Shown: positions 10,566 to 20,987, counted from the stretch's first letter. The stretch: 64,000 nucleotides of DNA from Ruminococcus sp. (GCA_029055625.1 JAIDCY010000027.1:226-64225), one strand, 5' to 3'. Notes: generated from the letters alone by a model not told the origin. Numbers and translations are program-made.

Positions 10566-11810
10566 TTAAAAGTATTCCGCAATCTTTATCATTAAATTTT
10601 CAGCAGATTCTTTTGCGGTTGCCTTATCATATATTACGTCGTTGCACGCTGAAAAAAATGCATCTATCAGACTATTGTTTTCAAGCACCGGTGAAAGTTC
10701 CGCCAACTCGCAACCTTCCATTTTCTGTGATGCCTCATACTGTATACCATACAACATATAGTTTTTTTCAATGGTCTTCTTTGCCGTTCTGCTTAGTGGT
10801 ATACCTTTTTCCACGCCCTGAAGTTCTGCCATTTCCGGACTGTTCATGAGAAAATCAAGCAATAATCCTGCTTCTTCGGGGTGCTGTGTATTCTTACTTA
10901 TGGCGTACATCGTCGCCGGTTTTGCGTACCAACCTTCCCCGACATCCTTTCCGTCAGTCGTCGTATAGTCTGCCGTCACTATATTTACGCCGTCCTCAAT
11001 CATACTTCCGAAATAATTAGTTGCGTCGCTTACCCATGCTATCGAACCGGCATAAGTTCCCTTTGCTATCTCCTTACTGTCATAATATTCAAGCTGTGGG
11101 ATTACGCTTCTGTCGACGAGTTCTTTATAAAATTCTATCATGTTCTGAAAATCTTTCGCCTTGAAATTGAGTTTGTTTTTCTTGATTATCTTCTTTCCCG
11201 TAACCTGCTCGGTATGTGCGATAAGATACAGCCATATTGATTTTGACGCACCACTCATAGGATATACGCCGTCTTTTTTCATTACGTCCGCTGACCTGAA
11301 CAAATCGTCCCACGTCTGCGGTACGTCGAGACCGTATTTGTTGTAAATGTCCTGATTTATATATACCGTCTCCGCATTCATCGCTATCGGTACGGCGTTC
11401 AGATGATTCTTCTTTATTCCGTACTTCAGAAAATCTTCCGAAAAATTGGATATATCAAAATTTTCAAGTTCGTTTATGTCATAATATCCTTTGCCGTCTT
11501 CGGAATACTGCGATAACCAGCTGAAATTTATCTGCATTACGTCTGCTTCCGTATTTGAACGCATCTGTATTTTGCTTCTCTCCTCGTATCCTGACCACTC
11601 CGAATAGCTACAGTTTACCTTTATATCGGGGTGCTGTTCCTCAAAAATTTCCACCGCTTTTATAGTATATCTGTTCCGTGCATCAGTCCCCCACCACGAA
11701 AGATTTATTTCAGTCTGCTTTTCCTGCTGAGTGACAACAGGTTCACGTCCGGAGCAGGCGGTAAATAATATCAATGAAATACTACCCGTAATCGCAAGAA
11801 TTTTTTTCAT
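10566..11810 (-). CDS. ABC-type extracellular solute-binding lipoprotein (sugar-binding, family 1)
   Basis: Lipobox LFTAC, SWWG, HPDIKV, ADVMQIN, VPQTWDDL; no permease or ATPase gene adjacent. Confidence 0.85.
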   Translation of the reverse strand: MKKILAITGSISLILFTACSGREPVVTQQEKQTEINLSWWGTDARNRYTIKAVEIFEEQHPDIKVNCSYSEWSGYEERSKIQMRSNTEADVMQINFSWLSQYSEDGKGYYDINELENFDISNFSEDFLKYGIKKNHLNAVPIAMNAETVYINQDIYNKYGLDVPQTWDDLFRSADVMKKDGVYPMSGASKSIWLYLIAHTEQVTGKKIIKKNKLNFKAKDFQNMIEFYKELVDRSVIPQLEYYDSKEIAKGTYAGSIAWVSDATNYFGSMIEDGVNIVTADYTTTDGKDVGEGWYAKPATMYAISKNTQHPEEAGLLLDFLMNSPEMAELQGVEKGIPLSRTAKKTIEKNYMLYGIQYEASQKMEGCELAELSPVLENNSLIDAFFSACNDVIYDKATAKESAENLMIKIAEYF

Positions 11811-11826
11811 TTAATATTATACCTCC

Positions 11827-13299
11827 TCAATCGTAAATAACAAAACTGTCTGTACCGTTTTTCTTGGCGGTATACAGTGCTATATGTGCACAATCAAATA
11901 ATTTTTCCGCTGTAGTTGCATTATCCGGCGATACCGCCACCCCTACGCTTACCGTTACAGGAAATTTACCGCTTTCCGTGTGAAGAGTACTTCTGTATTC
12001 CGTACATATTTCCGCACACTTCCTTGACAGTTCTTTATGCACCGCCATGCTGTCTTTTTCTGATATTTCTATAATTACCGCAAATGTATCTGTATTTATT
12101 CTGCCTATACATTCAGACCTCGGAAAAAGTCGCTGTATCTCATTTACCAGTCTGCCTATATTTCCCTCTGCGTAACTCCGTCCGAAATTATAAATCATTT
12201 CACCGTAATTATCAATATCAATCAGTATCATTGCGTATGAATTCTTATCAGAAATTATTTCGTCAGTTTTTTCGATAAATGCACCCTTCGTCAGTACAGA
12301 ACTGTATTCCTCATCCCGTGTATCTTCGTTCAGATTTGCGGTAACTATACGTCCGGGGTCTGTGAGTTTCGAGGTGAAGAAAATGCCTATTAATATAGCT
12401 ATTATCGCCGAAACCAATGCGACAATATATATGTATATCTGCATCTGATTCTTTTCTTTCATGATTATTTCCGTCGGTATCGAACACACCACATACCACC
12501 CGACATCACACGAATTTATAGTAGTAAGGTATTTTTCACCCAGTACTGTTGATGCGTCTTTTCCCTCTACCTGCTCCCCTATCTCAAACGGCAGATTTTT
12601 ACCGTTTTCGTCCTTTTCCGTTGAGTTCATTATTATGTACTTCTGGTCTGTCAGGCGTATTGTCATGCCGTTATCCGCTTCAGAATTTCTTATCACGTCG
12701 GAAAGTTCGGAGGTATATATTGATATTACTATCAGTGCGTTTTCGTGTATGTACTTTACGTAATATATCCGCTCGTAATCGTCCTGATAGCCGGTATACC
12801 AGCCGTCACGTGTCCGCCTGTTTGTAATCATCTTTTCAAACTCTTCAAACATATTATCAGTAAAAAGGCTTTTCGTACCTTTCGAGATGTTACCGATTGT
12901 ACTGTTATTTCTGTAAACTATTCCGTAATCAAGAAAATTTTCCATCAGGCATATTTTCGATAACTGGTCGGAAATAGATTTTTCCGTATTTATTCTTTCG
13001 TACTCGTCCATATCCCCGGCGGTAGCATCATATGTATACGCCTCGTCTATCGAAAACGCAAGAGTTCCGGCATTTGCAAGCCTCGAAAGGTAATTATTCA
13101 GATTTATATTCAGCTGATTATTCAACGACGTTGTCATTGAACTTACTTTACTTTTCAGCACGTCCTCACTGGTATGCACCGCAAACAGTGTTACGCCTAA
13201 TATTACCACTATTATTATTATCGCATAACATATTATCATTGAAAATCTCATACTTCGTATCTTCAGCAGACTTTGCGTACGTTTTTCATTTCGTGTCAT
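11827..13299 (-). CDS. Membrane sensor with a degenerate GGDEF domain
   Basis: Two TM helices flanking an extracellular Cache-like region; C-terminal MILIDIDN...GRINTDTF...VTVSVGVA...ALY.AKKNG; the GGDEF signature reads NTDTF. Confidence 0.75.
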   Translation of the reverse strand: MTRNEKRTQSLLKIRSMRFSMIICYAIIIIVVILGVTLFAVHTSEDVLKSKVSSMTTSLNNQLNINLNNYLSRLANAGTLAFSIDEAYTYDATAGDMDEYERINTEKSISDQLSKICLMENFLDYGIVYRNNSTIGNISKGTKSLFTDNMFEEFEKMITNRRTRDGWYTGYQDDYERIYYVKYIHENALIVISIYTSELSDVIRNSEADNGMTIRLTDQKYIIMNSTEKDENGKNLPFEIGEQVEGKDASTVLGEKYLTTINSCDVGWYVVCSIPTEIIMKEKNQMQIYIYIVALVSAIIAILIGIFFTSKLTDPGRIVTANLNEDTRDEEYSSVLTKGAFIEKTDEIISDKNSYAMILIDIDNYGEMIYNFGRSYAEGNIGRLVNEIQRLFPRSECIGRINTDTFAVIIEISEKDSMAVHKELSRKCAEICTEYRSTLHTESGKFPVTVSVGVAVSPDNATTAEKLFDCAHIALYTAKKNGTDSFVIYD

Positions 13300-13411
13300 A
13301 AAAATCCCCCTTGTTTTAAATTACTATAATATTATATCATATAATCATGCGGATTTTATGAATTTTCTGTGAATAAAAAAACTACCGGATTTTTCTTCCG
13401 GCAGTTGATAT

Positions 13412-15061
13412 TTAAAAATTTTTTACTATAAATTCTTCAGCTGGTACAGGTTTTGAATAATAATATCCCTGAAAACTCTTTATCCCGTACTTACGCAGAA
13501 AATCACGCATATTTGCGGTTTCTACCCCCTCAACGCACACTTCCGCCTGAAAAGCATCCGCAAGGGTTGATATAAACTGGACGGTGCTCTGGTCTGACTG
13601 ACTGCTTTCTATATCCTTTACAAATTCACGGTCTATCTTTACCGTATCTATCGGCAACGTTCGCAGTACACCAAGTGAGGCAAAACCTGTCCCGAAATCG
13701 TCGAGGGCTATTTTTATACCGTGTTCCTTGAATATCCTGAACATATTATCAAGGGTTTCTATATCGAGAAGCCGACATCTTTCCGTTATCTCCAGGCATA
13801 AATTTTCCGGCGGAAATCCCGTTTCCTTTAGTATGCTGAAAACGTCGGAAACAAAATCTCCCTTTTCAAGCTGTGCGTAAGATATGTTGACGTTCATTAT
13901 GAAATCAGGATACTTCGCAAGAAATTTTTTTCCGTCCGTCATCGCCTGCCGGAGTATCCACCTTCCCAGCTCCGGAAACAATACGTCCTGCTCCAATACC
14001 GGCACAAACTGCACCGGCGGTACTACCCCGTACTTATCGTTTTTCCAGCGTATCAGGGCTTCCATTCCTTTTAACTTTTCCGTATCCGCAAACATTATCG
14101 GCTGATAACACAGATAAAATCCCTTGCAGTTTTCAATTACGCTGTTACGTATGACGTTTATTGTCTCTATCGAATTTCTGTTATGACCGTTTTCTATCCT
14201 GTCAAATACAACCATATCCCCTAACTGTCGGTTTTTCGATTCATAATATATATATTTCAGACATGAATAAATTGTTTCACTCTCAATGTTGAAGTCTTTC
14301 AGCATCATTAATCCGCCGTTTATCGAAAGGCTTAGTTTTTCGTCGTCGACGTGGAAATTATGCGATACCTCTTCACGTAACCTATTATATAAATCCTTTA
14401 AATGCATTTCATCCAGTGAACTGCTTATTATCGCAAATTTAGTACCGTCCATGCGGTACACTGAGCCATAGTTTGCGAAAGTCTTCTGTATTGTATTAGC
14501 AAAATTCCGCAAAACCTTATTACCGGTTTTATATCCGTACATATCATTTATAACGGAAAATCCGGTTATGCCGGTTATTATTACCGAACCTTTCTTCTTT
14601 TTCCACAAAACAGTCTTGATGTCGTCGAAAAAACCGTAAAGACTGCGTAAACCTGTTATTGCGTCGATATAACTTAAAGAACCGTGATTCTTTATCGCTC
14701 CGGCAAAATATTCAGGTTCGCCGTTTTCATCACGGATTACCGCCCCCCTGCACGTACACACCACGTAATTACCGTCGGAGGCTTTCGCCCTGTATTGCAT
14801 ATCATGTCCGCTGTCCTCACCGGAAAATATACTGTCAATACTCTTACGGTACGTTTCACGGTCTTCAGGGTGTATACATTCTTCCCATATCGTACCGGCA
14901 TTATACATATAACGGTCAGGCAGATTGAAATAGTCGACGGCACTTCTCGACCATCTGGAATAATTGGTCTTCATGTCGCAAAGGTATATATAACTTCCCT
15001 CAGCTATAATAGAAAAAGTTTCAAACATACTGTCAAGTCTTTTGATACGGTTTTTATCCAT
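13412..15061 (-). CDS. PAS-GGDEF(degenerate)-EAL c-di-GMP phosphodiesterase
   Basis: PAS (IHPEDRE), GGDEF site reads DGTKF, intact EAL motifs MEALIRW, LEITE, LDDFGTG, KID, EGVE, QGYYYSKP. Confidence 0.85.
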   Translation of the reverse strand: MDKNRIKRLDSMFETFSIIAEGSYIYLCDMKTNYSRWSRSAVDYFNLPDRYMYNAGTIWEECIHPEDRETYRKSIDSIFSGEDSGHDMQYRAKASDGNYVVCTCRGAVIRDENGEPEYFAGAIKNHGSLSYIDAITGLRSLYGFFDDIKTVLWKKKKGSVIITGITGFSVINDMYGYKTGNKVLRNFANTIQKTFANYGSVYRMDGTKFAIISSSLDEMHLKDLYNRLREEVSHNFHVDDEKLSLSINGGLMMLKDFNIESETIYSCLKYIYYESKNRQLGDMVVFDRIENGHNRNSIETINVIRNSVIENCKGFYLCYQPIMFADTEKLKGMEALIRWKNDKYGVVPPVQFVPVLEQDVLFPELGRWILRQAMTDGKKFLAKYPDFIMNVNISYAQLEKGDFVSDVFSILKETGFPPENLCLEITERCRLLDIETLDNMFRIFKEHGIKIALDDFGTGFASLGVLRTLPIDTVKIDREFVKDIESSQSDQSTVQFISTLADAFQAEVCVEGVETANMRDFLRKYGIKSFQGYYYSKPVPAEEFIVKNF

Positions 15062-15233
15062 TTTCAGCCCTCCCCGACTTCTTACCGATTATAAAAACAC
15101 TCTTTATAGTTCTTTTCATTATAACATACTGCAACCGGTTTTTCAAGCACTTTCACCATATTATCTGTATTTTTATGCATTATCGCTAAAATTTACTGTA
15201 TTTTTTTGTCAGTAATTTAAATAAATCAATTGC

Positions 15234-15262
15234 TTTACAAAAAACAAGAATTATGTTATAAT
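15234..15262 (+). promoter_or_regulatory. sigma-A-type promoter
   Basis: TTTACA (15234-39), 17-nt spacer, TATAAT (15257-62) with an extended-10 TG. Confidence 0.6.
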
Positions 15263-15317
15263 CAGGTATATGTTGTTGAAAAAGAGGTGAACTGTTATAA
15301 TTAAAAGACTTATCATT

Positions 15318-17672
15318 ATGATTTTTTTAATCTGTATGCTCACTGATACCTGCGTATCAATTGAAGCGGATTCGGCAAGCGGTGGGGTAAGCATAAATGA
15401 AGTATGTTCAGAAAATACATTCTATAAATCGCCTGACGGTAACCTTTACAGCTGGGTGGAAATCTGCAACAGCTCAACGGATAAAGTTGATTTAAGCGGG
15501 TGGGGGTTATCCGATGACCCCAAAGACCCGTTAAAATGTACTCTCGCCGGTGGGACGGTGCTTGGAGCAGGGCAGAAAACCGTTATATTCTGCTCACCGA
15601 AACACGCAGACATCAATATAAACCGTGAAGAAAATATCCTTATCCTGTCAGACCGCAAAGGAAATGAAATTGACAGGATTTCCTTTAAAAAAACTGAACC
15701 TGATACGTCATACGGTCAGTTTCCCGACGGTAGCGGTAATTATACCGTCATGGAGTGTACACCCTATCAGACAAACGCTTCTCCTTCCGAAAAAATAATT
15801 GTGGAAAAGCCCACACTCTCACATGAAAGCGGTTTTTATGAAAAAGATTTCATGCTGACTATCGACGTACCAGCCGGTACTACCGTATACTACACCACAG
15901 ACGGTTCTGTACCTGATACGGATTCTCAGCAGTATAACGCACATATCCGGGTATGTGACAAATCGGATTCCCCTAATGTTCTGAGTGCGAGAACAGATAT
16001 AAGCTCTTACGGAGCTTCCGCCCCTAAAAAAACCGTCGACAAGGCGTTTGTGATACGTGCGGTGGCAGTCGACGAAACCGGACGGAAAAGTGAGACGGTG
16101 ACGGCAAGTTATTTTCTCGGAAAAACCTGCTCTTCTTACTATCGGGATATGAAAGTTATTTCAATAGTTACAGACCCCGACAATCTTTTTGACTACAACA
16201 CCGGTATATACGTAAAAGGTGCTTACTATGATATGTATAATTCGGGGAACGTCGAGGCGTGGAACAAGAAAGCCAATTATACACAGAAAGGGAAAGACTG
16301 GGAACGTCCGGCGGTCTTCGAGGTTTTCGACAAGGGGGAAAAAGTATTATCGGAAAACGTCGGAATACGTATCAAGGGTGCTACATCACGTTCAACCCCT
16401 CAGAAAAGTTTCAATATATACGCCAGGGAGGAATACGGCTGTAAAAAATTTGAATACGATTTTTTCGGGAGTCAGGCGGTAAACGCCGTAACCGGTGAGA
16501 CTATCGGAAAATATGATACCCTTTCCATACGCAATGCCGGAAATGATACGTCATACTCTTATCTGCGTGATAACATTAATCAGAAGCTAATCAGTGACAG
16601 ACCCCTTACCATGCAGACTATGAGCGAATGCATTCTTTTTATCGACGGCGAATTCTGGGGATTCTATACCCTTACGGAAAAAACTGACGACAATTTCATA
16701 AAAAATCACTACGGTATCAAGAAAAAAGACGTTGCAATAATAAAGAATAACGAGGTTGAAGAGGGTTCGGAACAGGATTACAAGGACTGGAATAATCTGT
16801 TATCAAAGTATGTCAGGGCTGATATGAGCATCGAGGAAAATTACATGAATTTCTGCAACGAGGTGGATATTGAAAGTTTTATAGAATACTTTGCGGTACA
16901 GATTTACTGGTGTAACGGCGACTGGCCCTGGAATAACTTTGCGGTATGGCGTTCCGATAAAGTTGACAAGTCTAATCCTTACGCTGACGGTAAATGGCGT
17001 ATGTTCCTTTTCGATACCGATTTTACAACAGGTCTTTTCAAAAATAATGATACATCTTATAAAGCCGATACTTTCGCACGCATTGCCGGTTACGACTACA
17101 ACGCAAGCCGTATACTGATAAGACTTCTTAAAAATCAGGATTTCAAGGAAAAGTTTGTAAATACGTTTTTAGACCTTGCAAACTATAACTTCAGTCCAGA
17201 CAGGACAGATGCAGTTATTGAGGAATACAGGGAAAAATATCATCAGCAGATTATCGATACCTGCGAAAGATTCTATGCGAGCAGTTTTAAAATATCCGGC
17301 GATACTTACAGGTTCGACACTGAAATGAATACGATAAAGGAATTTTATCAGAACCGTTTTCCGTACGCTACCGACGCTCTGAAACGTACCGCCGGTATAA
17401 ATGGGGTTCTGAAAAATGTAACTTTGAAGCAGAGCAGGCAAGGTGCAATAAAACTTAATACGATAACGCCGGACATCTCTTCTGAAGACTGGACGGGGCA
17501 GTATTTTTCCGACTGCAATATATCTATGACAGCCATTGCAAAAGACGGTTACAAATTCGACAAGTGGATTGTTACCGGTACGAAAATTCCGGTGACGGAA
17601 ACAAAATCTCCTGTTCTGCATATCTCACCAGATGATAATATCACCGTACAGGCGGTATACAAAAAATTATAA
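15318..17672 (+). CDS. Secreted CotH kinase-family protein with lamin-tail and Fn3-associated domains
   Basis: LTD (VSINEV...WVEI.N...VDLSGWGLSD), FSHESGFY...YYTTDGS.P, CotH motifs IRIKG..SR..PQKSF, LFIDGEFWGFY, DWP.NN, W...LFDTD. Confidence 0.8.
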   Translation: MIFLICMLTDTCVSIEADSASGGVSINEVCSENTFYKSPDGNLYSWVEICNSSTDKVDLSGWGLSDDPKDPLKCTLAGGTVLGAGQKTVIFCSPKHADININREENILILSDRKGNEIDRISFKKTEPDTSYGQFPDGSGNYTVMECTPYQTNASPSEKIIVEKPTLSHESGFYEKDFMLTIDVPAGTTVYYTTDGSVPDTDSQQYNAHIRVCDKSDSPNVLSARTDISSYGASAPKKTVDKAFVIRAVAVDETGRKSETVTASYFLGKTCSSYYRDMKVISIVTDPDNLFDYNTGIYVKGAYYDMYNSGNVEAWNKKANYTQKGKDWERPAVFEVFDKGEKVLSENVGIRIKGATSRSTPQKSFNIYAREEYGCKKFEYDFFGSQAVNAVTGETIGKYDTLSIRNAGNDTSYSYLRDNINQKLISDRPLTMQTMSECILFIDGEFWGFYTLTEKTDDNFIKNHYGIKKKDVAIIKNNEVEEGSEQDYKDWNNLLSKYVRADMSIEENYMNFCNEVDIESFIEYFAVQIYWCNGDWPWNNFAVWRSDKVDKSNPYADGKWRMFLFDTDFTTGLFKNNDTSYKADTFARIAGYDYNASRILIRLLKNQDFKEKFVNTFLDLANYNFSPDRTDAVIEEYREKYHQQIIDTCERFYASSFKISGDTYRFDTEMNTIKEFYQNRFPYATDALKRTAGINGVLKNVTLKQSRQGAIKLNTITPDISSEDWTGQYFSDCNISMTAIAKDGYKFDKWIVTGTKIPVTETKSPVLHISPDDNITVQAVYKKL

Positions 17673-17743
17673 CCATATTACTACATCTGAATCCGGCAAA
17701 TTTTGTGAAATTACAATAAAAATAATATTTTTTCCGGAAACAC

Positions 17744-17772
17744 TTGATTTTTATTCCGGTATGTGTTATAAT
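17744..17772 (+). promoter_or_regulatory. sigma-A-type promoter of tRNA-Ser
   Basis: TTGATT, 17-nt spacer, TATAAT, 15 nt upstream of the tRNA. Confidence 0.7.
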
Positions 17773-17787
17773 GATACGGTAGCATAT

Positions 17788-17878
17788 GGAGATGTATCGA
17801 AGTGGTCATAACGAGAACGACTCGAAATCGTTTGAACGGTAAAACGTTCCGTGGGTTCAAATCCCACCATCTCCGCCA
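17788..17878 (+). tRNA. tRNA-Ser (anticodon CGA)
   Basis: Acceptor stem GGAGATG/CATCTCC, anticodon loop CTCGAAA, long variable arm, T-loop GTTCAAATC, encoded CCA. Confidence 0.95.
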
Positions 17879-17961
17879 GTTAGTTGTTTTCATAGTATCA
17901 CTAACCTTTCAAAAAAAGAAAAATAGTCCGGATTTCTGTAAGTCCGGGCTGTTTTTCTGTA

Positions 17962-17990
17962 TTGACATATTCTTAATATAATGTTATAAT
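17962..17990 (+). promoter_or_regulatory. Consensus sigma-A promoter of smpB
   Basis: TTGACA (17962-67), 17-nt spacer, TATAAT (17985-90). Confidence 0.75.
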
Positions 17991-18025
17991 TAAATAAATA
18001 ATCCGAGAAGGGAGCATTTAAAAAT

Positions 18026-18490
18026 ATGCGTTCAAAAGGTACTAAGACCATCGCCGAAAACAGAAAGGCACGTCATGAATACTTCGTACTCGAAACTTAC
18101 GAGGCAGGCATTGAACTCGTCGGAACGGAAGTAAAATCCATACGCAACGGTAGCGTAAATCTTAAAGACAGCTGGTGTTCCGTCGATAACGGCGAACTCT
18201 TCATCAGAGGTATGCACATCTCTCCATACGAAAAGGGTAACATCTTCAATAAAGACCCCCTCCGTGTACGTCGCCTGCTCATGCACAAAAAAGAAATAAA
18301 CAAACTTTACGGCACACTCAAACAGGACGGTCTTTCACTCATACCGTTAAGCCTTTACTTTAAAGATTCGAGGGTAAAGGTTCAGTTAGGACTTTGTAAA
18401 GGTAAAAAACTTTACGACAAGCGACAGGATTCAGCTAATCGTGACGCTAAACGTGAAATTGACAGAAATCTTAAAATCCGTAATCAGTAA
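18026..18490 (+). CDS. smpB: SsrA-binding protein
   Basis: [45 protein letters not shown]. Confidence 0.97.
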   Translation: MRSKGTKTIAENRKARHEYFVLETYEAGIELVGTEVKSIRNGSVNLKDSWCSVDNGELFIRGMHISPYEKGNIFNKDPLRVRRLLMHKKEINKLYGTLKQDGLSLIPLSLYFKDSRVKVQLGLCKGKKLYDKRQDSANRDAKREIDRNLKIRNQ

Positions 18491-18501
18491 AGGATGATTT
18501 T

Positions 18502-18996
18502 ATGGCAAAATGTCAGTTGTATCTTTACGACGAACAGAAAGAATTTCTGTTAAAATATATCCGTGAAAGACGTTCAAATGATATTATAATCCTGTGGACT
18601 TCCGCAATAGTTTTTATCGTCATGATAGCGCTTCTGAGAATGAATATTTTAATGGTCGGTTCATTTGAATTTAATGAATTAAATGCAGAATGTGTTTTAT
18701 ATATGCTTATCAGTGGTTTTATTTTTGTAATGACTTTTATTAAAAATTTCGGAAAAACTATCGGATACGGTTGTGATAAAAAGTGCATCGAAAACGACTG
18801 GTACACTATCACCGCCGGAAAGTTCGTCTGCCGTGACAAGAACACCACCAACAAACACCCCTACTATATCAGCGACCGGGCATATAATCAGTATATATGC
18901 CCTCGCTTTCTTGACTGGAAAAACGCTACGGAAGATACGGTTTTTCTTTATATAAAACTCGGTAACGGCAGGAATTACGCAATCGCAGACAGTTAA
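18502..18996 (+). CDS. Hypothetical membrane protein (two TM helices)
   Basis: RBS AAGGATG, two hydrophobic stretches, closely follows smpB. Confidence 0.6.
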   Translation: MAKCQLYLYDEQKEFLLKYIRERRSNDIIILWTSAIVFIVMIALLRMNILMVGSFEFNELNAECVLYMLISGFIFVMTFIKNFGKTIGYGCDKKCIENDWYTITAGKFVCRDKNTTNKHPYYISDRAYNQYICPRFLDWKNATEDTVFLYIKLGNGRNYAIADS

Positions 18997-19010
18997 TCAA
19001 GGGGGATTCT

Positions 19011-19679
19011 ATGGGCTTTTTTTCAAAATTTTTCAAGGCTAAAACTGGTACGGAAACCAAAAAAACAATAACGCTTCTGAAAAACTGGGAACTTCGGCAT
19101 TTTCCCGATTTACATAATAGCAATAAAAATATCCGCTATAACGTTTATGTGACGGACAGTGGCGAAAAAATACGGTTTATTGATATAAAAATTCCGGAAA
19201 TAAACAAATCCGGTGAAAAAAATATTATGGATTACTGCAGGGATGTTATGGATTTTTTCGGTATTTCCGATAAAAAGCGTCTGACCGGTTTCATTGCCGG
19301 ATACCGTGAAAAATTCCGTACGGAAATTATGACTTTCACAGAAAATCTTTCAAAAATGCGGAATCTGAGTAAAGACGTACGCAATGACCCTGTTTTCCGG
19401 AAAATTGACTACATTTTCAATCTGAAACTTAAAATTTTACTTAATGAACTTGTTTTCTGTAAATTCCGTAAAATGAACGATATTACATATTTCACCGCTT
19501 TCAATGAACGTCTTTCTGCAATATACGGTGATTTACAAAGTCTCAACAATGATTTTTCGGAGTGTATGTATGTTATGTCAAGCCTTGAATATGCAGATGT
19601 AAAATATCATATAGAAAGTATAAATATGCGTGTGGATTTGCTCTTGCAGACCGCCGACGAAATACTTGACAATACATAA
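19011..19679 (+). CDS. Hypothetical protein
   Basis: 222-aa ORF with RBS AAGGGGG, in series with its neighbours; no motif recognised. Confidence 0.55.
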   Translation: MGFFSKFFKAKTGTETKKTITLLKNWELRHFPDLHNSNKNIRYNVYVTDSGEKIRFIDIKIPEINKSGEKNIMDYCRDVMDFFGISDKKRLTGFIAGYREKFRTEIMTFTENLSKMRNLSKDVRNDPVFRKIDYIFNLKLKILLNELVFCKFRKMNDITYFTAFNERLSAIYGDLQSLNNDFSECMYVMSSLEYADVKYHIESINMRVDLLLQTADEILDNT

Positions 19680-19706
19680 TTAATAATTAATTTAAGGGGA
19701 AAATTT

Positions 19707-20261
19707 ATGAACTTTTTACTTGAATATCTTAAAAATCCACGTACTATAGGGGCAATCGCACCCAGTGGGAACGGTCTTGCACGGAAAATGATAAAGCCTG
19801 TTGACTTCTCAAAAGCGGAAGTAATCGTTGAATACGGAGCAGGGACGGGGGCATTTACCCGTGAACTCGTCATAAACCGTAAGCCTGATACCTTTCTTAT
19901 CCTGATTGAACAAAACAGGAAATTCTGTCGGGAACTTGTAAAAACTTTCCGTAACCAGCCGAACATACATATTATTAACGGCAGTGCGGAAAACGTCAAT
20001 TTATACCTGAAAAAATACGGTTTTGAACACGCCGATTACATTATTTCCGGACTTCCTTTTACCAGTCTTCCGGCGGATATTTCCGAAAATATTTTCCGTG
20101 AAACGATTAAGGCTATCGGCAATAACGGAAAATTTATCACGTTTCAGTACAGCATGGTTAAAAGAAAATTCTTTGAAAAATATTTCCGGATTTCCGACGT
20201 ACTCCACGAAATAAAAAATATCCCACCGGCTTACGTCCTCGTGATGCGTAATTCAAAATAA
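19707..20261 (+). CDS. Class I SAM-dependent methyltransferase (phospholipid N-methyltransferase-like)
   Basis: P..IGAIAPS...LA..M, VEYGAGTG.FT, IISGLPF, FITFQY. Confidence 0.8.
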   Translation: MNFLLEYLKNPRTIGAIAPSGNGLARKMIKPVDFSKAEVIVEYGAGTGAFTRELVINRKPDTFLILIEQNRKFCRELVKTFRNQPNIHIINGSAENVNLYLKKYGFEHADYIISGLPFTSLPADISENIFRETIKAIGNNGKFITFQYSMVKRKFFEKYFRISDVLHEIKNIPPAYVLVMRNSK

Positions 20262-20419
20262 TTTTTAAAAGTTTTTCTGTCATCATAATGCACAACAGGA
20301 AAACTTATTTTTATACATTTTATACAAACTTTTCTTATTTTCCGGTTTTTTTATTAAAAAACTATTGACATATATATATAATAGGATTATGGATTTTTTC
20401 CAAACAGGGAGGTGATTTT

Positions 20420-20620
20420 ATGGCAGGGAAATTATGTCCTAAATGTGGAAATTTTACACTCTTTGAAACGCTTACAGGCAGAAAATGTACAAAATGCAAT
20501 TACGGCGTATATGTTCCGCCAAACAACGGAAAAGGTGGCAGAGGTCAGAAATGCCCTATATGTGGTGCAATGTCCATGTTTAACGGAAAGTGTACAAAAT
20601 GCGGAGCTAAAGAATTGTAA
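20420..20620 (+). CDS. Small double zinc-ribbon protein (66 aa)
   Basis: Four CxxC pairs (CPKC, CTKC, CPIC, CTKC) and RBS GGGAGGTG upstream. Confidence 0.7.
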   Translation: MAGKLCPKCGNFTLFETLTGRKCTKCNYGVYVPPNNGKGGRGQKCPICGAMSMFNGKCTKCGAKEL

Positions 20621-20633
20621 AGGAGAATTAAAA

Positions 20634-20987
20634 ATGGATTCCAAACAGAAAGCAAAATGTAATGCTATAATCCATGCGGCATCAGGTTCAGCGGCAGCAG
20701 TAGGCGGAGGACTGGCAAATATACCCTGTTCCGATGCACCGATACTGTTGACAATTCAGACAACTATGATTATTTCATTAGGGGCTGTTTTCGGAGTTTC
20801 TCTAACCGAATCTATGGCAAAATCAGTACTTGCTAAATTTTTAGGGTGTACAGTAGGAAAATCTGTTGCTAATATTTTAGTGGGCTGGTTACCCGGAATC
20901 GGAAATGCGGTAAATGCTTCTACTGCCGCCGGAATTACTGAAATTATCGGCTGGGCAGCTGCAAAAATGTTTGATAAAGGAAAATAA
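20634..20987 (+). CDS. DUF697-like small membrane-associated protein
   Basis: IIH.AS..AAAVG...IPCSDAPIL..IQ..MII.LG.VFG; ATG at 20634 after AAGGAG (the ORF track start at 20412 is an over-extension). Confidence 0.7.
   Translation: MDSKQKAKCNAIIHAASGSAAAVGGGLANIPCSDAPILLTIQTTMIISLGAVFGVSLTESMAKSVLAKFLGCTVGKSVANILVGWLPGIGNAVNASTAAGITEIIGWAAAKMFDKGK

Noticed and set aside
17711-17893. 60-aa minus-strand ORF
   Set aside because: It is the antisense shadow of tRNA-Ser.
20412-20633. N-terminal extension of the DUF697-like ORF
   Set aside because: It overlaps the zinc-ribbon gene in another frame; a strong RBS marks 20634 as the start.
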